Source: Leptolyngbyaceae cyanobacterium (GTDB taxonomy: Bacteria > Cyanobacteriota > Cyanobacteriia > Phormidesmidales > Phormidesmidaceae). From it: 64,000 bases of DNA. The notes beneath the pieces were generated by a model that was not told the origin of the DNA, made no database searches, and saw only the letters and a program-made list of their open reading frames with translations. Both the position numbers and the translations under genes were made by a program. Location of the stretch: NCBI GenBank assembly GCA_965263355.1, contig CBDHHL010000045.1:38077-102076 (forward strand). Reading direction: 5' to 3'. Position 1 is the stretch's first letter; each line of letters opens with the position of its first letter. Below are positions 37,250 to 46,677 of this stretch, one piece after another.

Positions 37250-37286
37250 AATAGAGCTAAGCTGTCAACTTTGGATATACTGTGAG
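37250..37286 (+). repeat. 37-bp direct repeat, right of methyltransferase
   Basis: Matches 36321-36357. Confidence 0.85.
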
Positions 37287-37288
37287 CG

Positions 37289-37699
37289 GTGATGAACGTA
37301 ACTGATAGCGATGATTATGTAGCTTTGATGATTGCTGCGGGCTCTCTAGCCTTAGGCGCGATCACAATTGTTGCATCGGCTGTATCTGACAAAATGGGCG
37401 CTGCTGAGACGACTGGGGGCTATGCCGTAGCTACAACCGGGTTAAGTGGCGCTGCGGGCTTAGCGCAAGGTGGTGGAAAAAAGAAAGAGGAAAAAGACAT
37501 CCCTGATCCTGAGCCTACAGTCCCCACGCCTGAACCTACGCCACCGACATTCAGCAGCCCAGTAGAACCCGTGAGTATCGATCCCCCTGGTGGTGACACT
37601 GGCTATGCCCACATGGGCTTTCAATTGCCGTCAGTTGCTGGGGATACAGGCTGCCTGAAAGCAACACTTTACGGAATGGAAGTTAACTTTATTCCTTAA
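37289..37699 (+). CDS. small membrane protein with Pro-rich linker
   Basis: Two Gly/Ala-rich hydrophobic segments; PEPT repeats. Confidence 0.65.
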   Translation: MMNVTDSDDYVALMIAAGSLALGAITIVASAVSDKMGAAETTGGYAVATTGLSGAAGLAQGGGKKKEEKDIPDPEPTVPTPEPTPPTFSSPVEPVSIDPPGGDTGYAHMGFQLPSVAGDTGCLKATLYGMEVNFIP

Positions 37700-37705
37700 A
37701 CATCA

Positions 37706-37741
37706 AAAAACGCTCAAGCTTCTCAGTCTCAGAGCGTTTTT
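37706..37741. terminator. bidirectional terminator
   Basis: AAAAACGCTC..GAGCGTTTTT between convergent genes. Confidence 0.6.
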
Positions 37742-37811
37742 GACGGTGGTGACCATGCCAAACGGCTAGGGGGTTTAATGTGTTCTAGCCTAGCACATCT
37801 AATTTTGTTTG

Positions 37812-38366
37812 TCATACAAAAGATGGCAGTAGTCCTTTAGCACCGTTCAAGATTTGCATGGATTCAACCAAAGTTTTGAATGTTTTAAGATAAATATCTG
37901 GATTCTTTTCCGAAAGTCGATTGCCAGCAATATTTACCCTTTCAACATCATTACGACAAATATAATCGGCTAATTCTTCGGCGCTAGGATTTATTAGCAA
38001 TAATTTTTCTAGATTTTTTGCAGTTCTTATTGTGAGCCTTCCACCTGGACTATTTTGACGACCGAACCATACAGTTAAGTCCGTGTCAAAAACATTTGCT
38101 TTTGTCCTAGGTGAATATCCAGCCTCAGGGTATTCTTTGAGGTCGAACATTTTCAGTGAGCAATCCGATATATTCTCTCCCGACCAAGTTTGAATCATGT
38201 AACCTTTGGCGGCCCATCCACCCGTTTTGAATCCGCAAAATCTAGCAGCATCTAAGCCCGCTCTATCTGCTCCGGTCTGGCCACCAGAATGAAACTCTAA
38301 TTTCTTAAACATTTTTTCTCCAAGGGCATTATTAAAGACTCGTTTTTGGTAGGTAGCAGTGGTCAT
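37812..38366 (-). CDS. SLOG-superfamily 'molybdenum carrier'-like protein
   Basis: SGGQTGADRAGLD, Y.PRT.ANV..TD, NIAGNR. Confidence 0.85.
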   Translation of the reverse strand: MTTATYQKRVFNNALGEKMFKKLEFHSGGQTGADRAGLDAARFCGFKTGGWAAKGYMIQTWSGENISDCSLKMFDLKEYPEAGYSPRTKANVFDTDLTVWFGRQNSPGGRLTIRTAKNLEKLLLINPSAEELADYICRNDVERVNIAGNRLSEKNPDIYLKTFKTLVESMQILNGAKGLLPSFV

Positions 38367-38368
38367 AA

Positions 38369-38719
38369 CTAAACTGATACAACCTCGGTAGTTGTTTCAT
38401 GTGGGAAAGCGTCTAAACCCAGTCTCTTTATGGTCGATTGCGCCGCAGCTTTACTTGTAAAAACTGTTGCGTTTTGTATGGCCCACATAAAAGTTTGTGG
38501 AAATTCGTATCCGGCTACACGCTCACGCTTTTTGAAGTAACCATGGCGTGATTCGATAACCCATACCGGTTTAGGAGAGGTTAGGTAAGCAAAGAGTTTT
38601 TCTCTAAGAGTCTTAACAGTGTCTGACTTTGAGGTAGTTAAATTATGCCAACGGCAGGCTCTTAAAAGATCCGCTTTCTTTGACTTATCTAATTGGCTCT
38701 TAATAGCTTCTGGTGACAT
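38369..38719 (-). CDS. hypothetical protein with SAP/HeH-like N-terminus (start re-called at MSPEAI)
   Basis: GGAG Shine-Dalgarno; behind TTGACA-N17-TATATT (38781-38753). Confidence 0.55.
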   Translation of the reverse strand: MSPEAIKSQLDKSKKADLLRACRWHNLTTSKSDTVKTLREKLFAYLTSPKPVWVIESRHGYFKKRERVAGYEFPQTFMWAIQNATVFTSKAAAQSTIKRLGLDAFPHETTTEVVSV

Positions 38720-38759
38720 TTCAAATAACTCCGCTGGGTGTTGATGCCTCTCAATATAC

Positions 38760-39122
38760 ACGCTACATTTTTGAGTGTCAACACTTTTATTGAGGACTTG
38801 ACAAGTCATCTTTAAGCGCTTATCTTTTGATAGTAATCAATGATTTTATTGAGGCGCATGAGCGAAGAAATTACACCTCAGCAGCTACTAGATGCAGTTG
38901 AGAACCCATACAAATTACTAAGCAAATGGGTTTTAATGCGTGGGGGCTGGACTGCTTTATATAAGGTTTTTGGTTATGTTTCGGCGCAAAGCTTTAATGA
39001 GGCTTTTAGTCGTAGGGCCACTAAAAACCGCTGGACTGGGAAGGGACTGAGAACTCATTTGTCCATACTGGTTCATCTAGACAATAATAGTCCAGAATTA
39101 GTCCAAAAAAATAGCACTCTCA
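38760..39122 (+). repeat. dispersed inverted repeat, copy B
   Basis: Matches the reverse complement of 12312-12568. Contains TTGACA-N17-TATCTT (38798-38826) and TTTTATTGAGG twice. Confidence 0.9.
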
Positions 39123-39142
39123 ATGAAAGTGTTGAGGGATAA
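38858..39142 (+). CDS. small putative HTH (Cro-like) protein
   Basis: GGWTALYKVFGYVSAQSFNEAFSRR; GAGG Shine-Dalgarno. Confidence 0.55.
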   Translation: MSEEITPQQLLDAVENPYKLLSKWVLMRGGWTALYKVFGYVSAQSFNEAFSRRATKNRWTGKGLRTHLSILVHLDNNSPELVQKNSTLNESVEG

Positions 39143-39210
39143 GGGGTTTATTGGACTGATTAGTTGCGGATGCAGCAGCAGCAAGTCAAAGTGATTTAGG
39201 AATAAAAACT

Positions 39211-39471
39211 ATGAGTTTAGGTTTCGGCCTCGATCCAGACATTTGGACAGACGATCTCGATAAGCTAACGGCAAGCGACAGTAAAGGCGTTTTGTATGCT
39301 GGCTTCTCCAAAAGCAATACGCTTTTCTTTTTCATTTTTATGGACCGGTTTGGAGAATTTAATTTGTGCAAGGTGACTCTTGGTAAAGGAAAGTCTGGGA
39401 GTTTAACTGCGCTTAAAACGCTGCCTAAATATTGGACAGAAGCGAAGAATTTAGGCGTTAATTGGAGATAA
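39211..39471 (+). CDS. hypothetical protein
   Basis: AGGA Shine-Dalgarno. Confidence 0.55.
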   Translation: MSLGFGLDPDIWTDDLDKLTASDSKGVLYAGFSKSNTLFFFIFMDRFGEFNLCKVTLGKGKSGSLTALKTLPKYWTEAKNLGVNWR

Positions 39472-39477
39472 GGTAGG

Positions 39478-39921
39478 TTAAACCGCTTGCTGCAACGTCG
39501 TACTCATTCCGGGTGCAATAAACGGGGTTATTGTATCAGTCTTCATCGTCTCGCCTTGGTCTGTTCCCGGCACTGGTGAAGTTGTCCCCTGATAAACGAT
39601 CGCTATCATTTCAACTTCAGTTTCTTTTAGCCCAGACAATGGCTCATTAGCAACGGCCAACAGCTTAGACGTTTCTGCCTGTGATAATGTCGCAGTCCCA
39701 GTAAACTCTCTAGCGTTGGCCGTTGCTGTTAATAGCATTGTGACATAGCCAGTCAGGGGGACCATCGTGGCCCCCGCAACCGAGCTGGTTGAATATGGGC
39801 TAATCAAAAACACGATCGCGCTTTGATAAATGGTTACATCGTCAGGTGCTGTGATTAATACCGTGAACGTCCAGCTGTTTCCGGCTTGGAGGGGACTAGG
39901 ATAGTTTAAGGTAATTGTCAT
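39478..39921 (-). CDS. putative virion structural protein
   Basis: Thr-rich beta protein at the end of a tightly overlapped operon. Confidence 0.55.
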   Translation of the reverse strand: MTITLNYPSPLQAGNSWTFTVLITAPDDVTIYQSAIVFLISPYSTSSVAGATMVPLTGYVTMLLTATANAREFTGTATLSQAETSKLLAVANEPLSGLKETEVEMIAIVYQGTTSPVPGTDQGETMKTDTITPFIAPGMSTTLQQAV

Positions 39922-40163
39922 CAGCAGCCCACCTCACCAGTGATTGTGTTTTCATCAGGAACCGTCCCCACAGCTGGTTCTAAATTAATTAGTCCAGTGA
40001 ATGGGACGGGTGATAATTCCATTCTGATTATATTCTGTGAGATCGTGCCCGTCACAGTGCTAGGGGTTTCTATGGTGCCTGTGATGTCGTAGCATGGGCC
40101 ACCCGTGCCCGTACCAGGGGTTGTTGTCTCGACGCCACGTCGCCAGTAGAAAGAATTGTGCAT
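39921..40163 (-). CDS. hypothetical protein (structural operon)
   Basis: 1-nt stop/start overlaps. Confidence 0.55.
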   Translation of the reverse strand: MHNSFYWRRGVETTTPGTGTGGPCYDITGTIETPSTVTGTISQNIIRMELSPVPFTGLINLEPAVGTVPDENTITGEVGC

Positions 40164-40828
40164 CAGTCTGTCAGCCCCAATTGATCACCGTCAATATCGC
40201 CTGTAACGATTTTACTTAGAACAACGGTGCCCGATGCTTCAGGGTATGGCCCGCCCGTGGCTGGAACTGTTTTTTGAAATGTGTTTAGGACTAGGTTTCG
40301 GGCTTCGTTAGCGATCATTTGCCTGATAACCTGCCATAAAGCAACCTCTGATAGTTGATAATCAGTGCCATTGGGGCCTAGCTCTATTAGGCTGGCAAGG
40401 TTAGCTAGTTGTTCTCTCTCGGTATCATCAAGGCCCGATCCGGCTTGTATTACTTCAACCTGTGGCGGTTGATAGTCAATATCGACGCTAGATAAAATAG
40501 GAGCTTTATTAAACAGTTCTGGTCCCTCAATGCCTTCAGATGTGCTAACCAGTGACCCGCGTATTACTAAGGTGTGAGTTGTATCAAACGGTACTATTCT
40601 TGCGCCATTGGCTAAATTGACGAACCGAGGGGTGAATTTTGTTGGCCCAATCTGGTCATTGCCGAACGCATCAACCATAGGAAAGAAATTGCGTTCCCCG
40701 TTTGTATTTAATCGTCTACGCTCACGATGTTCTTTATAAATATCAATCGGCAACACTTCCACTCCTACGGAATCAGCCCCCAGGTAAATGAGTTTATTAG
40801 GATAATCTTCTGACGCGATTAACGGCAT
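40163..40828 (-). CDS. putative virion/tail-associated protein
   Basis: 1-nt overlaps; structural operon. Confidence 0.6.
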   Translation of the reverse strand: MPLIASEDYPNKLIYLGADSVGVEVLPIDIYKEHRERRRLNTNGERNFFPMVDAFGNDQIGPTKFTPRFVNLANGARIVPFDTTHTLVIRGSLVSTSEGIEGPELFNKAPILSSVDIDYQPPQVEVIQAGSGLDDTEREQLANLASLIELGPNGTDYQLSEVALWQVIRQMIANEARNLVLNTFQKTVPATGGPYPEASGTVVLSKIVTGDIDGDQLGLTD

Positions 40829-41148
40829 TAATCAAGCAACCAGCCTGTTTCTGGGTCTATTTGAGAGTTTAACTTTTCTTGCGACCATTGAACGGCAAGC
40901 TTAGTCACGACTTGAGCGACACCTGCTACACTGATTTGCCCTTCAATTCCAGTCACAGGGTCTTTGAACTCTAGAGTTTGAGCCAAGCAATCTTCGGCAT
41001 TCTTATAAATAGCGTTCTCACTCCCTGAAATGCTTGTTACTTCATCTCCTGCTATCGTGAGTCGCTGTAACTTGATAGAAACCAGTGGGGGTTTACCGGG
41101 CTTTACTGAGTCAATAGTGATCGAATAGGGCCTAAGTACAGTTTTCAT
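40828..41148 (-). CDS. hypothetical phage protein
   Basis: DPVTG motif; overlaps neighbours. Confidence 0.6.
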   Translation of the reverse strand: MKTVLRPYSITIDSVKPGKPPLVSIKLQRLTIAGDEVTSISGSENAIYKNAEDCLAQTLEFKDPVTGIEGQISVAGVAQVVTKLAVQWSQEKLNSQIDPETGWLLD

Positions 41149-42668
41149 TACAAGTTAGTTTCCACTTCAGATAGTGCCTGTGCCGTAACAACAGCCTGCC
41201 TCACAATTGTAAATTGTGCATTAGCAGCTTGCGCCCCTCCGTCCCCTTCAGCCAGGAATACAACCGCTTTATCAATCCCAGCGGCTAGACCGGCTTGAGT
41301 GTTGCCGTCATAGTCAAATGTGAAACGGATTAAGTAAGAACCAGCTACGCCGATCGCATCAGCTGACGTTCCCTCTACTGGATTGTTGGCTGAATCATTG
41401 ACAATGACAGCATTAGAAGTATCAAAGTCGTTTGCCCCCGCACCATCAGCAAACATGCACCGATACCAAGCATTTGGATCTGCCTGCCATGCATCCGAGA
41501 CAGAGACATCGACCTGCACTGTAAATGGATAGGTTCGAGTGCTGCCGTCATCGGCTGTAAAAACAACTGACTGTTGATCAGATGCAGGGACGTTTTCAAT
41601 AAATAATCCTTGCTTGGTTACCAATCGACCTTGATCGTCGACCGTGTATAACGGGTCAATTCGTTTTGCTAGAATCCCGTTTCCATTCTGATCAATATCC
41701 GTATCTTGCCGCATCAAAGCATCAAGGCGTGCTCTGATTTGTAACAACGAACCTCCACCAGAGTTACTAAGAACATCGGTAAAGTCGCCATTACCCTCGT
41801 TAAATCCAGTCTGAGTTGTTGGAGCTGCATTACGGCTGAACAGCATCCCAGTAAATGGAGCAATAGCAGCGCCACCAAATACATCAGCTTCAGTAAAGGC
41901 GTTAACCGGACTTGTACTTTCGCCAACACCAAATCCAGCTGAGAAACTTTGCAGTCGAGAAACACCTGAACTAGTACTGGTTGAGCCACCCTGAGTAAAG
42001 CCAAATGTCCTCACCCTGGCTACAAAGATCCGACTGGTCGTGAAGTCAAAATCACCCGCTGCTGCATCACCGTTTGCAGTAGAGCCAAACGTTTGGAAAG
42101 CTTGGTCTAGTGGCCCAGTCCTTGCCGCGTCAACAGGGGCAGCCGCTAGCAAATCGGCTTCTGAAGTACTTGCTGCAATCTGGATGTATGGTTGTGATGT
42201 CGGCTGGATATCGTTTAGTGAACGTGCGCCAAAGTAAATGCGGTCGATACTGTCGTTGGCTGCCAATTCCCTCCAACCAGAACTTCTAATCTTCGTCCTG
42301 TCATCTCCAGTTGAACTATTGCCATCGGCTGCTAATTTTATTCCTGCTTCAAATGTCCAAGCACCCGCATCTTGGAATACGCCGTCAATACCGGGCAAGA
42401 AATTTCTTAGCGCTAAATTTGTTCGTCGGCTGCGCCTCTCAAACGCATAAAGTGCCTGCAATGTAATTCCAAGGTCATTGGTTAATGGGTTAGCCTCAGC
42501 ACCGGAACCCAAATCAACATTAGCTAGTTCCTCTAAAGTGATAATTTCAATTCTGTCGTTTGCTGTATCAAAAAAAATATTCCCGTCTGGAGTGCCCGCC
42601 CGTCCCTGGCTAGACTCAACTAATAAAGTGGCTTGATTTGCTAAAGTAATCAGCTGAGGAGTTGCCAT
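41148..42668 (-). CDS. putative virion structural protein
   Basis: 506 aa, Gly/Ala/Thr/Asp-rich. Confidence 0.65.
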   Translation of the reverse strand: MATPQLITLANQATLLVESSQGRAGTPDGNIFFDTANDRIEIITLEELANVDLGSGAEANPLTNDLGITLQALYAFERRSRRTNLALRNFLPGIDGVFQDAGAWTFEAGIKLAADGNSSTGDDRTKIRSSGWRELAANDSIDRIYFGARSLNDIQPTSQPYIQIAASTSEADLLAAAPVDAARTGPLDQAFQTFGSTANGDAAAGDFDFTTSRIFVARVRTFGFTQGGSTSTSSGVSRLQSFSAGFGVGESTSPVNAFTEADVFGGAAIAPFTGMLFSRNAAPTTQTGFNEGNGDFTDVLSNSGGGSLLQIRARLDALMRQDTDIDQNGNGILAKRIDPLYTVDDQGRLVTKQGLFIENVPASDQQSVVFTADDGSTRTYPFTVQVDVSVSDAWQADPNAWYRCMFADGAGANDFDTSNAVIVNDSANNPVEGTSADAIGVAGSYLIRFTFDYDGNTQAGLAAGIDKAVVFLAEGDGGAQAANAQFTIVRQAVVTAQALSEVETNL

Positions 42669-44242
42669 TACAAACTATTCTCCAGTTCTAATTGTGTTGA
42701 CAGGTCTAAATTTTGTGATGCAGATGGGAACGTAAACGGGAAATTAAATTCTTCGTACTGGGCGCTATCCCCTGTATTAGGGACAAACTGCAAAATCAAA
42801 GCGTTACCACTGCTGCCGACATAAGTAATATCGGCCCCTGTAGTAGGGTTGGTCTCTTGCAACAATGTCCCCAGATCTTGCGGGTCGGGATCTTCGTCAT
42901 CCCAGATTGTAAAAATTCCCCCTGCAGGAATACCCTGAATAGTTAAAGTAACTTGTGGCGCAAGAATTTCAACAGTGCCCGCCCCATCATTCTGCACATT
43001 CGCAGCCACAGTAAATGCAGCACTAGCCGCAGCTCTGATCGTTACCGTCTCCCCAATTCCCGGCGCTGCTCTAAAAACACGATCACCCGTGGGTCTTGTC
43101 GTAAAATTAACATCGCTTACATCCAGGGTCACTGTCCCTAAACTAGCCGGGATATCTATGTAATAAGTGCTGGCTGGACTATTGAACGTCGAGCCAGCTA
43201 GGTTGGCAGTGCCGTTCCACTCGTAAACGGTTGGTGCTGTTGAGTCCAACCATTCAATCACAATATTATTTCCTCCACTGGTCAACCCGCTTCCCGCCTG
43301 GATTCGAGCGCCTTGATAATCACTAGTCCCCAGATTGACAGCAGATGGGCCAATCAAAACCAATCTGGGCCATGTATTCCCGCCCCCCTCATCTGCCCAT
43401 AAAAACGGCATATTCAGGTTTTGAAATGTCCTATCAGGTGCCGTTAGCCCTGAAAACCTAGCCCTAAATGCCGATTCAATCAGGTTCGTACTGTTGTCTA
43501 TATTGTTGTTGTTTGCGTTATTCGGAGTGCTTGAAAATATAAGCGTAGACGGGTCTTGACTTACTGCAGTTGTCCCGGCGCTGCCCATCGTCACAGGGGC
43601 GACAAACTGCATGCTATTAGTGCCTAGAAACGTGTTAAGCGGGGTGATTCGTGACGCGATCGCAAACACGTTATATGCCTCTAACGCCGCATATAACGCA
43701 GCAAAACTAAGCGGGTTTCCAATGTCGCCATCAATCAACTGGACCCCTTCCGTATCTCCGTCAAAGTAATAAGGGATGCCTTCAAAACGGATCAAGTTGG
43801 CGTTAGTCGCAGATGAGATCGCGTCAAAATTCAACCGGATTCTATCAACGGCTGTAATATTAAACGCCCCTACAGATGGATACACAGGGGGCTGTCTTGT
43901 GTCAATTAATAGGTCATGCAAACGGAAAAAGATCCTAGGGTCCGTTGGCGTTTGCCATAACTGATAGATATCTGGCCCAGACCCTAGCCCTACCTGAATA
44001 TTTTGGGTCCGATAAGCCGTCTGCATAAAGACTTTGAAAATTATGCCCGTCGCATTAATGGGATTATCTAATAAAAGTTCAATATAATTGCTATTCCCAT
44101 TGGTCGCAGTGCCCGCGATGCGAGCCCCATCATTCGAAACATCAAAACCCGTCGTCACTAAATCAGTCCTGATCGTATTAGCCAGGGTGCGACCTGTAAA
44201 TGTGGGATAGAACTGGGTTAGGCTTAGGCTTGGTGCGACCAT
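42668..44242 (-). CDS. putative tail/structural protein
   Basis: 524 aa, beta-rich; first gene of the operon. Confidence 0.65.
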   Translation of the reverse strand: MVAPSLSLTQFYPTFTGRTLANTIRTDLVTTGFDVSNDGARIAGTATNGNSNYIELLLDNPINATGIIFKVFMQTAYRTQNIQVGLGSGPDIYQLWQTPTDPRIFFRLHDLLIDTRQPPVYPSVGAFNITAVDRIRLNFDAISSATNANLIRFEGIPYYFDGDTEGVQLIDGDIGNPLSFAALYAALEAYNVFAIASRITPLNTFLGTNSMQFVAPVTMGSAGTTAVSQDPSTLIFSSTPNNANNNNIDNSTNLIESAFRARFSGLTAPDRTFQNLNMPFLWADEGGGNTWPRLVLIGPSAVNLGTSDYQGARIQAGSGLTSGGNNIVIEWLDSTAPTVYEWNGTANLAGSTFNSPASTYYIDIPASLGTVTLDVSDVNFTTRPTGDRVFRAAPGIGETVTIRAAASAAFTVAANVQNDGAGTVEILAPQVTLTIQGIPAGGIFTIWDDEDPDPQDLGTLLQETNPTTGADITYVGSSGNALILQFVPNTGDSAQYEEFNFPFTFPSASQNLDLSTQLELENSL

Positions 44243-44307
44243 GGACTGTTAGGGTGCTGCCCGTATTGTATCAATTAGTCAATACTGTCAGCAAACGACC
44301 AAGGATT

Positions 44308-44631
44308 TCAGCTGCGGTCATTTTTGGCAAAAGAAATTACTGACTCACGAATGACGCGTGATTTATTCAAAAAAGCTTTTCCTGCATCAGTCAGAGAGTA
44401 ATATTTACGTCGTGCCCCTTCCCTGCTTTCTGTAGCATCGCCCCATTCAGACGAGACAAAACCTCTATTTTCTAAGCGTTTTAATATCGGATATAAAGAC
44501 CCAACAGGGATTTTGCGTTGGCCTTGCGTTGCTTTGTCGATTGATTCAGATATCTCTAACCCATACAAACGCTGATGCTCAATAACAGTCATTAATAATT
44601 CTTGCGTGTTCGTCAGGTCTAGCTCTGCCAT
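44308..44631 (-). CDS. PadR-family transcriptional regulator
   Basis: YGLEI..GSLYPILKRLENRGFV..RRKYYSLTDAG. Confidence 0.92.
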   Translation of the reverse strand: MAELDLTNTQELLMTVIEHQRLYGLEISESIDKATQGQRKIPVGSLYPILKRLENRGFVSSEWGDATESREGARRKYYSLTDAGKAFLNKSRVIRESVISFAKNDRS

Positions 44632-44697
44632 GGAATAGCCCCATAATTACTACCTTACGATTGTAAGGTATTTTGTGGGCAGTCATGCCCAATGTAT

Positions 44698-44780
44698 GGA
44701 TAAATGACAGGGGATTGTATTGTGACAAAGGGTGAGGGTACACTAGAAAAGTAGCAAGCGAGAGAGAAAAATAAATGACT
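44698..44780 (+). repeat. about 80-bp promoter/RBS cassette, copy 1
   Basis: Highly similar to 45400-45481; TTGTAT-N18-TACACT; ends in ATGACT. Confidence 0.85.
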
Positions 44781-45134
44781 AAACTTACAGCAGCACGCAA
44801 AAATGAAATCAAAACAGCGCTTGCTAATGCGCTTCAATCTGAAAAGATGCATTCTTGCTATGGCGGTTGTGCTCGAATTTACCTAAAAGCTGGCATGGCT
44901 TGTACAGTTGACGAACTTTTTCAGCTAACAAAAAGGCAACAAACCTCTAAAGAAAAAGCACACAAAAAAGAAGTTGATTACGTATTTACTGAGCTTGGGG
45001 GAAGAGTCGTTGGTAAAAGATTTTACATTGGCTACGATAACAACACAAAAATCGAATACTCAAAAGCAGTAAATATCTGTAATAACCTAAAAGCCATTGG
45101 CATTTCCGTAAATGTAGAAGGCGACGAAGATTAA
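44775..45134 (+). CDS. hypothetical early protein
   Basis: Has its own promoter cassette and terminator. Confidence 0.7.
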   Translation: MTKLTAARKNEIKTALANALQSEKMHSCYGGCARIYLKAGMACTVDELFQLTKRQQTSKEKAHKKEVDYVFTELGGRVVGKRFYIGYDNNTKIEYSKAVNICNNLKAIGISVNVEGDED

Positions 45135-45143
45135 GTCAACACC

Positions 45144-45165
45144 GACCCCGCTATGGGGTCTTTTT
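45144..45165 (+). terminator. intrinsic terminator
   Basis: GACCCC-GCTAT-GGGGTC-TTTTT. Confidence 0.75.
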
Positions 45166-45184
45166 GCTTCTATTCATTATATTC

Positions 45185-45409
45185 ATGTCACCAACACCAA
45201 AAACGCCTAACCCACAGTGCCCACATTGTAAGGGAAAGACCCAAAAAAACAAACTTCTGAAATCAGGCAGACAGCAGTATAAATGCACCGTCTGCAAGCG
45301 CTGCCATACCCCAGGAAAAACCGTAGGTGGCAGGCCCCCAGTCGATAACCCGTCAGCAGCAACGCTTAGACAGCGGAAAAGTAGGGCAGCAAAACGTACG
45401 GATGAATGA
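45185..45409 (+). CDS. InsA-like zinc-ribbon protein
   Basis: CPHC..SGRQQYKCTVC, then GRPP and a basic tail. Confidence 0.7.
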   Translation: MSPTPKTPNPQCPHCKGKTQKNKLLKSGRQQYKCTVCKRCHTPGKTVGGRPPVDNPSAATLRQRKSRAAKRTDE

Positions 45410-45481
45410 CAGGGGGTTGTATTGTGACAAAGAGTGAGGGTATCTTAGAAGAGTAGCAAGCGAGAGAGAAAGATTATGACT
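45400..45481 (+). repeat. about 80-bp promoter/RBS cassette, copy 2
   Basis: Direct repeat of 44698-44780. Confidence 0.85.
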
Positions 45482-45856
45482 TACCCTATTAACTTCGAAA
45501 CCCCTCGTCCCCCAAGATTCCGCTCCGAAGGCATGACCGAAAAAGAGTTTCTAAACTGGCTGGCAATGTATCATTTCAATACTTACGATTCCGTCAATGC
45601 TCAAATTCTTGACGAAGCGCAAGTTGCCATTAAAATCATGCTTAAGCATTGTTCTTATAGCCTTTTGGCTGAAAGCCTTGATCTCGATGTTCGTTATCTT
45701 GTTCGTATACTTCGGTGGAATCCAACCAAGCCTTACCGTCGCCCGATGATGAAGTTGGTTGATGAAGTCAGAATGGAATTAGGGACAGAGCTAGGCTGGG
45801 ATATCGAACCATTGTATGTTGAGACTAAGCCTCTTTACTCTAACGTTGCGGCTTAA
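45476..45856 (+). CDS. hypothetical protein with possible HTH
   Basis: SYSLLAESLDLDVRYLVRIL. Confidence 0.65.
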   Translation: MTYPINFETPRPPRFRSEGMTEKEFLNWLAMYHFNTYDSVNAQILDEAQVAIKIMLKHCSYSLLAESLDLDVRYLVRILRWNPTKPYRRPMMKLVDEVRMELGTELGWDIEPLYVETKPLYSNVAA

Positions 45857-45862
45857 TTATCA

Positions 45863-45903
45863 AAACCCCCCTGTTAACCAAGCAAATGTTAACAGGGGGG
45901 TTT
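45863..45903. terminator. bidirectional terminator
   Basis: 16-bp stem AAACCCCCCTGTTAAC/GTTAACAGGGGGGTTT. Confidence 0.8.
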
Positions 45904-45921
45904 GTTTTATGGCGCTAAGCT

Positions 45922-46410
45922 CTAAAGCTTAAACTGCTCTAACACGCCCGAATCAATTTGTTCTTCCGTCAGACCCATATCAAGCAAAACTTGCCTTGGA
46001 AGATTGCTCAAGTCTTGCGTCCGCTCGATTTTTACCCATGGGTTTTTTTCATCTGGCAATGGGGCATAGCTAAACTTGAACGTATAAACCGCTTCATAGG
46101 CATGAGTAGGGATAGCAGGAATATATTCTTCATAGTCATCATTGACCATAGGAATATCAGGAATGTATTCTTCATACTCATCATCAATTAGCCATGGTCC
46201 CAAACGTTGATGAGTAGCCGCGCCGGGGAACCTAGGATCTACGCTGTCAGGGTCTATTTTCTTTTCAGTCCCCATGCGTCGTCCGTTTTTAATTTTTGAA
46301 TTGCCGCTGTAGTCTACTAAAACACAAGTCATGTCCTGAGCTTCGTTGTAAAGCTCGTCAGGAACGCGATCCATGTCAGGGATGCAAACAATTAAATCTG
46401 GCTTGTTCAT
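45922..46410 (-). CDS. hypothetical protein (start re-called at MNKPDL)
   Basis: GGAGGAG Shine-Dalgarno; internal repeat YEEYIP twice. Confidence 0.65.
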   Translation of the reverse strand: MNKPDLIVCIPDMDRVPDELYNEAQDMTCVLVDYSGNSKIKNGRRMGTEKKIDPDSVDPRFPGAATHQRLGPWLIDDEYEEYIPDIPMVNDDYEEYIPAIPTHAYEAVYTFKFSYAPLPDEKNPWVKIERTQDLSNLPRQVLLDMGLTEEQIDSGVLEQFKL

Positions 46411-46415
46411 GATAA

Positions 46416-46650
46416 TTACTCCTCCTCTTCGTTGTATATATCGCCTTGACTTTGATCCATTGAACTGACTGGGAACTGGCAATCGCCTATGAAAATACAG
46501 TCTATCGGCAAGATAGAACAATTTCTTTGTTCGTAGCGATCTTTGTCTTCTTCAGGTTGCTCCCAGCCGTATCTTTTTGCCATGTCGTCGCAATGTTGTT
46601 TTGACGCGGCAGAGTATCGAGTCTCTTTTTTGTTGTTGAAAAAAATTCAT
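46416..46650 (-). pseudogene. small protein with a +1 frameshift at a homopolymer run near the start
   Basis: Removing one T gives MNFFNNKKETRYSAASKQHCDDMAKRYGW..IDCIFIG, open to 46416. Confidence 0.5.
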
Positions 46651-46677
46651 TTTCCTTGTTGTTGGGGTTTGTTTCCT

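Noticed and set aside
45185..45409. IS1 element
   Set aside because: Only an InsA-like zinc ribbon; no InsB DDE domain or terminal inverted repeats seen.
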